A stretch of 32,295 bases of DNA from Candidatus Hydrogenedentota bacterium (GTDB lineage: Bacteria > Hydrogenedentota > Hydrogenedentia > Hydrogenedentales > SLHB01). This document shows, piece by piece, positions 16,653-24,127 of this stretch. The translations under genes were made by a program, and so were the position numbers. Within the stretch, counting starts at the first letter, position 1, and each line of letters starts with the position of its first letter. The stretch covers positions 1-32,295 of the forward strand of contig BTWA01000050.1 of the NCBI GenBank assembly GCA_045863295.1, read 5' to 3'. The notes beneath the pieces were generated by a model that was given only the letters and a program-made list of their open reading frames with translations, ran no database searches and had not been told where the DNA came from.

Positions 16653-17529
16653 CGACATTCGAACGCGGGGACCATTAGTCAGCGATGGCGGGTGGGGGAC
16701 ACTCCTCATCGCCGCTGGACTACAGCCCTCGGAGTGCCCCGAGGAATGGAATTGGAGCCACCCAGAACTGGTCAGTGATATTGCCAGACAATATTTCGAT
16801 GCCGGTGCTGACATCGTAACCACCAACAGTTTTGGCGGCTCCCGTTTCAAATTGGCTCACTACCATCTTCAATCACGCGTCGCGGAATTGAATGCGCGGG
16901 CCGCGGAGCTGTCGCGCTTGGCCGCCGGGCCCAATCGGCACGTCATGGCATCCATCGGTCCGACAGGGAAGATTCTGATGATGGGTGACGTAACGGAAGA
17001 AGAGATCTATGACGCTTTTCGCGAACAACTCGTCGCGCTCGAAAAAGGTGGCGCAGACGCATGTTGCATAGAAACCATGACCGCCATTGACGAGGCAGCC
17101 CTCGCAGTCCGGGCGGCAAAAGAGAATACTGCGTTGGAAATCATTTGCACGTTTACCTATGAACGCAAACTGGACGACACGTACCGCACAATGATGGGGG
17201 TATCGCCTGCTGAAATGGCCCACGCGGTCATCGCCGAAGGCGCAAGCATAGTCGGTACCAATTGCAGCCACGGCCCGGCCGCTATGGTCGAAATCGTGGC
17301 CGCATTGCATCAAGCCTCTCCGGATGTCCCTATTCTCGTGCAACCGAATGCCGGTGCGCCCATTCAGAGTGATTCCGGCATTGGTTATCTGGAGACGCCC
17401 GAATCCATGGCAGCTTTTGTGCAATCGTTTCTTCAGGCCGGGGCTTCCATTATCGGCGGTTGTTGCGGCACTACACCGCAGCATATCGCTGCCATCGCCC
17501 GTGCTCTGCAGGATCTACGTTCTAAGTAA
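16636..17529 (+). CDS. Stand-alone homocysteine S-methyltransferase domain (MetH N-terminal-like)
   Basis: VSDGGWGT, AGADIVTTNSFG, ASIGPTG, IETM, GTNCS, QPNAG, IIGGCCGTTP (three Zn-binding Cys). 297 aa with no pterin or B12 domain. Confidence 0.9.
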   Translation: MNSICDDIRTRGPLVSDGGWGTLLIAAGLQPSECPEEWNWSHPELVSDIARQYFDAGADIVTTNSFGGSRFKLAHYHLQSRVAELNARAAELSRLAAGPNRHVMASIGPTGKILMMGDVTEEEIYDAFREQLVALEKGGADACCIETMTAIDEAALAVRAAKENTALEIICTFTYERKLDDTYRTMMGVSPAEMAHAVIAEGASIVGTNCSHGPAAMVEIVAALHQASPDVPILVQPNAGAPIQSDSGIGYLETPESMAAFVQSFLQAGASIIGGCCGTTPQHIAAIARALQDLRSK

Positions 17530-17575
17530 TATCGTTGTGCCCACGCATGGGGCACGGAAAGCCAAGTTGCGACGC

Positions 17576-19435
17576 ATGGGAGACTCGACTGTTACCATTC
17601 GCTTCTTGCCCGGAGGCCAATCCATCGAGGTGCCGACGGGAACGCCGCTTCGCGACGCTGCGTCATTGGCCGGGATCGCGATGGAATATCCTTGCGCAGG
17701 CCTGGGCAACTGTGGCAAGTGCGTGGTTTCAATTCAGGGTAATGGCGGTCCTCTTACGGATTCCGAGTGGGCGTTGCTGGGCCATGAAGAATCTGAAAAG
17801 CAATACCGTTTGGCATGTCAGGCCTTTGCATTGTCGTCAATGGAAGTCGAGGTTGCCGATGGGGCGCTGTTGCCCGCCAGGTACCAGGTCCTAACCCATT
17901 CTACCGTGCAGTTCTCTGCCGCACCGGACCCACCACTTCGCAAATGCGTGGTTTCACTGCCACCACCGACTCTCGAGGACGATCTACCTGACGCCGCACG
18001 CCTTGCCCGATCGGCCGGACCGTTCGAGGCCGACCCCGAAACCCTGGACCATTTGGGTAAGGTGCTCCGCGAATGCAACTGGGCAGGCACCGCGGTTTTC
18101 GCCGGCGGGCGATTGGTTAACTTTGGACCCGCAAATCCACCCGTGCGCACTTGCGTCGTCGCGTTCGATATCGGCACCACAACACTGGCGGGCCGCTTAA
18201 TCGAATTACCGGACGGATCAGTGCTCGCAGAGGCATCAAGCCTGAATCCGCAGGTGGCCTACGGGGCCGACATCCTATCGCGTATAACCTACGGGGATCA
18301 GAGTACCGATTCGCTCCATCGGCTTCGGCAGGAAGTCATCGCCGCCATCAATGAACTCATAGACGATATGACCACGGCCGCGCAACTGGATTCCCATTTA
18401 ATTTATGCGGCCACTTTTGCGGGCAACACCGTTATGCAGCACATTCTGGCAGGGCTCGACCCTTCTAACATCGGCGTAACACCTTTTGTCCCCATCACGG
18501 CTGAGGCCATCGAATTAAGTGCCGAGGCGCTTTCCCTGCAGATTCACCCCAAAGCGGTATGCTACATATTCCCGGTAATCGCAGGTTACGTGGGTGGTGA
18601 TACCATTGCCGGCTTGCTCGCCTCCGGGTTTGCCGCCGATCAATCCCCTGCCCTGTTCATTGATATCGGAACAAATGGCGAAATGGTCGCTCGAAACGGA
18701 GGTAAGCTCCTCGCAACGTCGTGCGCTGCCGGACCAGCGTTCGAAGGATCGGGCATAGTTTGTGGTATGCGTGCATCGGAAGCGGCCATCGAAGCGGTTC
18801 GCCTCGAGGGTGATGTGCACTATAAGACAATTGCCAACCGTCCTCCCCGGGGAATCTGCGGCTCCGGCTTGATTGATCTCGTGGCGGAGCTTCTGCGCAC
18901 AGGGTTGCTCGATCCCACGGGAATACTGCTCGATCAGAACACACTACCCAGCGATACGCCGCAGGCGCTGGCGCAGCGGCTTCTGATGCTCAACGGCGAA
19001 ACAGCATTTGTTGTGGCGCACGGATCGGAGACACGTCACGGAAAACCCGTTTATGTCCTGCAGAGCGACATTCGCCAACTTCAGTTGGCGACCGCTGCGG
19101 TGCGAAGCGGTGTGACTATCCTCCTGCGGCATGCGGGACTTCACGAAAAAGACCTGAAAAGCGTGCTGGTTGCAGGTGCATTCGGAAACTACATTCGGCC
19201 GCACAATGCGCAACGCATAGGACTTTTGCCCAGTTCCGTTAATACAAACCGAATTCAATTCGGCGGCAATACGGCCCTCGCTGGAGCGCACGTAGCTGCA
19301 CTCTCGCTGCGATCGCGTCAGCAGGCCAGAGCTTTGGCCCGCACCGTCCGCCATGTAGATTTGTCATTAGACCCGGCATTTCAAGACGTCTTCGTGGAAT
19401 CGCTGTTCTTTCCCAATTCGGATAGGTGGGCATAA
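17576..19435 (+). CDS. ASKHA-family ATP-dependent corrinoid reductive activator (RACo/RamA-like) with N-terminal [2Fe-2S]
   Basis: CAGLGNCGKC...RLACQ, FDIGTTT, NPQVAYGADILSRI, GYVGGD, IDIGTNGE, AAGPAFEG, GICGSG, DIRQLQLA, AGAFG. Likely start ATG 17576. Confidence 0.92.
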   Translation: MGDSTVTIRFLPGGQSIEVPTGTPLRDAASLAGIAMEYPCAGLGNCGKCVVSIQGNGGPLTDSEWALLGHEESEKQYRLACQAFALSSMEVEVADGALLPARYQVLTHSTVQFSAAPDPPLRKCVVSLPPPTLEDDLPDAARLARSAGPFEADPETLDHLGKVLRECNWAGTAVFAGGRLVNFGPANPPVRTCVVAFDIGTTTLAGRLIELPDGSVLAEASSLNPQVAYGADILSRITYGDQSTDSLHRLRQEVIAAINELIDDMTTAAQLDSHLIYAATFAGNTVMQHILAGLDPSNIGVTPFVPITAEAIELSAEALSLQIHPKAVCYIFPVIAGYVGGDTIAGLLASGFAADQSPALFIDIGTNGEMVARNGGKLLATSCAAGPAFEGSGIVCGMRASEAAIEAVRLEGDVHYKTIANRPPRGICGSGLIDLVAELLRTGLLDPTGILLDQNTLPSDTPQALAQRLLMLNGETAFVVAHGSETRHGKPVYVLQSDIRQLQLATAAVRSGVTILLRHAGLHEKDLKSVLVAGAFGNYIRPHNAQRIGLLPSSVNTNRIQFGGNTALAGAHVAALSLRSRQQARALARTVRHVDLSLDPAFQDVFVESLFFPNSDRWA

Positions 19436-19436
19436 A

Positions 19437-20465
19437 TCAATACGTTGTGGATCCCCACGCTTCGTAGACAGCCGCAATATTCTCCGCCGGATCCGCGGTA
19501 CCCCATTCGCACTGGGCGATGAGCCCTCCTCGGCCGTCGTCAAACGCCCTGCGCACACGGCACACAGCCCGGTGCACGTCGGCCACCGTGCCAAAAGGCA
19601 GTACCGACTGCCGGCATATTTCTCCCCAAAACGTCATCCGGCCTTTGAAACGTTGTGCCAAGCCCTCGATATCCATGCAGAAGAGCTGCGTATTTATTGC
19701 ATCCACGCCTATCTCCAGGAAATCATCCATAATTGATTCGACGTTTCCATCGGTATGAAAAAAAACATATTTGCCGGCGGCTTTAATGGTATCGCAATAC
19801 TCGCGATACAACGGTTTAAAAACGCGCCGCCATAATTCGGGATCGACAAGAAGGTGATTTTGCGACCCCCAATCGTCAATAAAGGCTATGGCATCCACTT
19901 TGGTTCTTGCCCACAGCCGGATCTCATGAAGAAAGAACTCATGTACCAGATCGCGCAACCGGAAAAAGTCGGAACTCAGCAGCGCCAGGTCCAGGTAGGT
20001 GTTCTCTGTACCCCGTAAGAACTGCATGCGCTCAAAAAGGCGAACGCAGGTACTTGCACGCACGAACAAGTCTGTTGTTTCGCACTGGCGGTTAATTCCC
20101 GCGAAATCAATGCCCTCGAAGAGTTCCCAAGGCGCTTCAAATGCTGAATGCGCATCCCAGCCGATCAATGGATGGCCTTTCACTTCTCCCACGACGCCTT
20201 CCTCGGCAACGGTCCAGACACACCCCCATTCGTCGGTATAGTTACCAATCGTGTTCGGTACGCCAGCGGTCCGTTTGCCGGTGGCATACGGAAGCGGAGG
20301 CACCCAGAAATCCATGGGGTAGCGCGTAACCAGTTCCTCTAATTCCTTCTTGCGAAGCGCGGGAACGCCGGGCAAATGCCAAAGCTCACGCGGCGCACGA
20401 TCCGGATAGTTAAATTGTAAGCAACGTATTACTCGCTCACGCGATGTCACGGTCGGTCCCCCCAT
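19437..20465 (-). CDS. URO-D superfamily protein (methyltransferase-like)
   Basis: TSRERVIRCL..PDRAP, TDEWGCVW, FERMQFLRG, DDWGSQ, FFHTDGNV, FWGEICRQ..LPFGT, IAQCEWG. Start is ATG 20465 or GTG 20450. Confidence 0.85.
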   Translation of the reverse strand: MGGPTVTSRERVIRCLQFNYPDRAPRELWHLPGVPALRKKELEELVTRYPMDFWVPPLPYATGKRTAGVPNTIGNYTDEWGCVWTVAEEGVVGEVKGHPLIGWDAHSAFEAPWELFEGIDFAGINRQCETTDLFVRASTCVRLFERMQFLRGTENTYLDLALLSSDFFRLRDLVHEFFLHEIRLWARTKVDAIAFIDDWGSQNHLLVDPELWRRVFKPLYREYCDTIKAAGKYVFFHTDGNVESIMDDFLEIGVDAINTQLFCMDIEGLAQRFKGRMTFWGEICRQSVLPFGTVADVHRAVCRVRRAFDDGRGGLIAQCEWGTADPAENIAAVYEAWGSTTY

Positions 20466-20592
20466 TCCCCGGATTCTATGGTACGTCCAGGGAAGATGGG
20501 GCGCAACTCCCACCCTTTGGTGTACAATAAGTATGACAAGCGGGGCGTACGCTTGGGGGATACGCGCCCACGCAAATTGTAGAGGGGGAGCC

Positions 20593-21258
20593 ATGTCTGA
20601 AATTCTCGAACAAATCGCCGTCGCCATTGAACGGGGCAAGGTCAACAAAGATGCCTCGTATCCGCCCGACATGAAAGGCATGGACGGCACGGATGAATTG
20701 ACTCGCACAGCCCTGGCCATGGGCATTGCCTCGGGCGACGTACTGACTCAGGGCCTTATCGAAGGCATGACGCGCATCGGAAAACGCTATAGCGATGGAA
20801 AGGCGTTTGTTCCAGATCTCCTGATGGCGTCGAAAGCCATGAAGGCCGCCATGGCTCACCTGAAGCCGTACTTTGAATCCGGCCAGGCGCAACACCGCGG
20901 CACATTCGTAATTGGCACAGTGCAAGGAGATCTCCACGACATCGGCAAGAACCTGGTCGCGATGATGCTTGAAGGCAGCGGTTATAAAGTCATTGATCTC
21001 GGCGTTGACGTCTCCGCTGAAAAGTTTGTTAAGGCGGCCCAGGATAACCCGGGTTGCATCGTGGGTCTAAGTGCGCTGCTTACGACCACTATGGTGAACA
21101 TGGACAAGATCATCAAGGAGTTGAAGTCGGCGTGCCCGGATACCCGCGTGATCGTCGGCGGCGCGCCGCTTACGTTGGAGTTTGCCCGGAAGATCGAAGC
21201 CGATGCCTATGCCCCCGATCCTCACGGCGCGTTGGAATACCTGGCCTCTGTATCCTAA
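20593..21258 (+). CDS. Stand-alone corrinoid (B12-binding) protein, MtaC/MtbC/MetH-cap-like
   Basis: Cap domain (GLIEGM..IG..Y..GKAFVPDLLMASKAM), then GTVQGDLHDIGKNLV (DxHxxG), SALLTTT, VGGAP. GGGGGAG RBS. Confidence 0.93.
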   Translation: MSEILEQIAVAIERGKVNKDASYPPDMKGMDGTDELTRTALAMGIASGDVLTQGLIEGMTRIGKRYSDGKAFVPDLLMASKAMKAAMAHLKPYFESGQAQHRGTFVIGTVQGDLHDIGKNLVAMMLEGSGYKVIDLGVDVSAEKFVKAAQDNPGCIVGLSALLTTTMVNMDKIIKELKSACPDTRVIVGGAPLTLEFARKIEADAYAPDPHGALEYLASVS

Positions 21259-22517
21259 TAGGCACGGCACTCGCTAAACGTTTCGTAAAGCGCGAGCAGG
21301 TTTTCCGTGGGCACGCCTGCCTGCACGTTATGTATGGGGTTGAATACAAAGCCGCCGCCCGGACGAAAGATTGCAATCCGTTCGCGTACTTCGGCGCGCA
21401 CTTCGTCCGGCGTTCCGAACGGCAGTGTGTGCTGCGTATCCACGGCGCCGCCCCAGAATACGGCCCGGCTGCCAAATCCGGCTTTTAACTCACGAGGGTC
21501 CATGTGTGCGGCAGAGCACTGAACGGGATTTAGTATGTCGTACTCCGCTTCGAGAAAATCGTCGTAAAATACACGCACGGATCCACACGAATGGATAAAA
21601 GTCTTCCACGACGTGTTCTCATGAATCCAATGGTTCAGGCGTGACTGGAACGGCTTGTACAGATCGCGCAACACATCGGGCGAAATGAAGGGACCATGCT
21701 GTGCGCCAAAATCGGCGCCCGACATGAACACTACGTCCACAAGATCGCCCAGAATGGCCGCAATTCGCTTTAAATTGCCAAGTGCAATCTCGCATTGCCG
21801 GTAAAATATTTCATAAATATGGTCGCGCCGGGTGAGTGTGCTTGTATACCATTCGGTCATGTCGCGAATACCCTTCGGGTGTTTCAGCCACATTCCCGGC
21901 ACAAGCGCGATATCGCCAAAGGCCGTGCCTCCAAAGTTGCCCAACACCGCCAGCCCCGTAGATCGAAGTCGCGTTGCTTCCGCCTCAAAATGGCGCAAGG
22001 CAGCATCTGTGACAGGCGGAAATTCTTCCAGGTTATCGTGGATGTTCAACACTGCGTCATCGATGGGATCCTGCCGGACGATCGTGTCGAAATAATACCC
22101 GCCGTGAGGCATACGGCCGCTGGGAGCAGCGGACTTGTCGCCTCCGGGATACATGAGAATGTCGCCATTTGATTCAGGTTCGGTGTTGAATTCCCCCGGT
22201 ACCAGAACTGGCGTGCCATCAAATAACCGCCATTCTTTCCATCGTTCATTTCGAAAACCGAAAAGATTCTCCGGCGGACCGAACCCGACAACGTCCACAC
22301 CAAGTGCTTCCATCAAATCGGGTGCGATCTCACCCAACATCTGATACGGTTCGACCACCTTGACAGGCGTCCCTGGAGGGTCCAGAGTCAATGCCTGCCT
22401 GAGCTTGTATACGGAACTCACCTGCATACCGGTCACACCGCTTGATCCCAAATCCAGCGGAATGAGGTCCGGTTCGCGGTGGTTCAGTGTCTGCAGCACG
22501 CGTTCGCGCGAAGTCAT
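21255..22517 (-). CDS. URO-D superfamily protein (methyltransferase-like)
   Basis: MTSRERVLQTLNHREPDLIPLDLG, GADFGAQ..PFISP, FIHSCGS, LNPVQCSA, FWGGAVDTQHTLPFGT, GGGFVFNPIHNVQ. Start ATG 22517. Confidence 0.88.
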   Translation of the reverse strand: MTSRERVLQTLNHREPDLIPLDLGSSGVTGMQVSSVYKLRQALTLDPPGTPVKVVEPYQMLGEIAPDLMEALGVDVVGFGPPENLFGFRNERWKEWRLFDGTPVLVPGEFNTEPESNGDILMYPGGDKSAAPSGRMPHGGYYFDTIVRQDPIDDAVLNIHDNLEEFPPVTDAALRHFEAEATRLRSTGLAVLGNFGGTAFGDIALVPGMWLKHPKGIRDMTEWYTSTLTRRDHIYEIFYRQCEIALGNLKRIAAILGDLVDVVFMSGADFGAQHGPFISPDVLRDLYKPFQSRLNHWIHENTSWKTFIHSCGSVRVFYDDFLEAEYDILNPVQCSAAHMDPRELKAGFGSRAVFWGGAVDTQHTLPFGTPDEVRAEVRERIAIFRPGGGFVFNPIHNVQAGVPTENLLALYETFSECRAY

Positions 22518-22563
22518 TGTGTCCCCCTGCGCACGATGTCCCCGATTCGGCACGCAGCATGAA

Positions 22564-22941
22564 TCATATCACTTTCGACACCTCAAAGAGGATTACGACT
22601 ATCCAAATAACAATGCTGATTCCGGCGGCGGCCGCCGCCACATCCTTAATAGCTCCAATTTTCTCGTCATATCCCGTATCAAAGTAATCGCAGATGGCTT
22701 CTATGGCCGTATTGAATAGCTCCGCCATCAATACAAGTCCCGTTGCCATCAGAATGAGGAGCACATCCACGCTTTCCGAATAGACGAGGGCGGCAACTAA
22801 TGTCAGGACAGAAACCACCAGTTTGTACGCTACGCTGAAATCCTTCACGACGGCAAACCATACTCCGTTAAGGGCATGTTTAATCTTGCGAAACGGGTTA
22901 TAGGACAGTTGCGGATCTTTGGCCAAGAATTTGTTGGGCAT
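22564..22941 (-). CDS. dgkA: Prokaryotic diacylglycerol/undecaprenol kinase family membrane protein
   Basis: 125 aa, 3 TM segments. HALNG, AELFNTAIEAICD, KIGAIKDVAAAA. Confidence 0.8.
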   Translation of the reverse strand: MPNKFLAKDPQLSYNPFRKIKHALNGVWFAVVKDFSVAYKLVVSVLTLVAALVYSESVDVLLILMATGLVLMAELFNTAIEAICDYFDTGYDEKIGAIKDVAAAAAGISIVIWIVVILFEVSKVI

Positions 22942-23022
22942 GTGAAACTACCTTACAAGACGGTTACGCTGATCAATCAGTGTGAACATAAGCGGGAATC
23001 CCAAGCCGCACGGCCCGGAGTG

Positions 23023-23988
23023 TTAGTAGCCAGCTTCCTGACGACGGAACCTGGACAGAAACTCCCAAATCACCTGGGAGGCATTGATGTCTTGTGTATT
23101 GTTGCCGGTGAACAGTTCGCGTATGGGCGAATTGAAGTGGCTCGGCCAATCGTGGCCCCCGCCATGAATAGCATAAAGAACGACCTCTGCACCATCGGTG
23201 CCGTGCAAATACTCCCGCTTCCAGATCTGAGTGCCATCGTTCGCATCGACATCGGGTAGCCACACATCGGGCAGCGCGGCGTCGCATGCATTATGTTGCG
23301 CCCAGAACGCCACCGACTTGTCGACCGACTCCACCCGGCCTCGGTATACACCCAACAAGTAGATATACCCCCCCGCATACGGCACGATGGGATCCGACAT
23401 GCCATTGATAAACTGTATGGGCATGGGATGCGCCGGCTTGCACTGAGGGATTAGGTCCATGGGCATATTGCCCATTACGGGTGCGGCCGCCGCGAATACG
23501 TCTGACGCTTCGCAGGCCAACCGCAAAGCCATCATGCCGCCATTCGAAATTCCCGTTATGTACACACGAGTTGGATCGATCGGATACGTGTCGATCAGCT
23601 TCTCCACGAGAGCACGAATGAAGTCAACGTCATCAATGCCAAGGTACTGCGAGGGCACAGCCGGATCGTGTCGCCCGTCTCCCCAGTTCCCCTCTATGGC
23701 ATCGGGACACGCAAAGATGAAATGGTTCGCATCGGCGATCATATCGAATCCGGTTTCCGACGCAAATTGGACCGACGTATTCGAACTGCCGTGCAAACCA
23801 ATCAATAATGGAACGGTGTCCTCGCTCTTCAATGCATAAGGCAGGTAAAGACGGTAGGAACGGATAAGACCTTCGTGAATCATCACGCCGTGCTGGGCGC
23901 CTATCTTGTCGGCGCTGCAACCGGCGCCCGTCAGCGTCAACACAACGAGAATCGCGGCGACGCCAAGCCTAACTTCACTACGGCCCAT
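23023..23988 (-). CDS. LpqC/PHB-depolymerase-family esterase, probable lipoprotein
   Basis: LIGLHG, WGDGR, DDVDFI, TGISNGG, SDPIVPYAGG, GGGHDWP. Lipobox-like GAGC. GGGGAG RBS before ATG 23988. Close paralog of 10137..11084. Confidence 0.88.
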   Translation of the reverse strand: MGRSEVRLGVAAILVVLTLTGAGCSADKIGAQHGVMIHEGLIRSYRLYLPYALKSEDTVPLLIGLHGSSNTSVQFASETGFDMIADANHFIFACPDAIEGNWGDGRHDPAVPSQYLGIDDVDFIRALVEKLIDTYPIDPTRVYITGISNGGMMALRLACEASDVFAAAAPVMGNMPMDLIPQCKPAHPMPIQFINGMSDPIVPYAGGYIYLLGVYRGRVESVDKSVAFWAQHNACDAALPDVWLPDVDANDGTQIWKREYLHGTDGAEVVLYAIHGGGHDWPSHFNSPIRELFTGNNTQDINASQVIWEFLSRFRRQEAGY

Positions 23989-24127
23989 GGGCGGGAACTC
24001 CCCTGAGAACATCCAGGAATCCAGGCGACTGCCCCAGCATACAACAAGCTCCACGAGAAGCGCCAGCATCGACAAAAAATGCCCGCGGCAAACGAATGTT
24101 CGCGTGCCGCGGGCGTAGGACAATCTT

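Noticed and set aside
16636..21258. Calling metH, or a metH pseudogene broken into pieces
   Set aside because: The Hcy and B12 modules are complete, separately initiated genes separated by other genes. No pterin or AdoMet reactivation domain remnants are seen.
13323..22517. Annotating the URO-D-family genes as hemE (heme biosynthesis)
   Set aside because: None shows the HemE W.MRQAGR motif, and the context is corrinoid methyl transfer.
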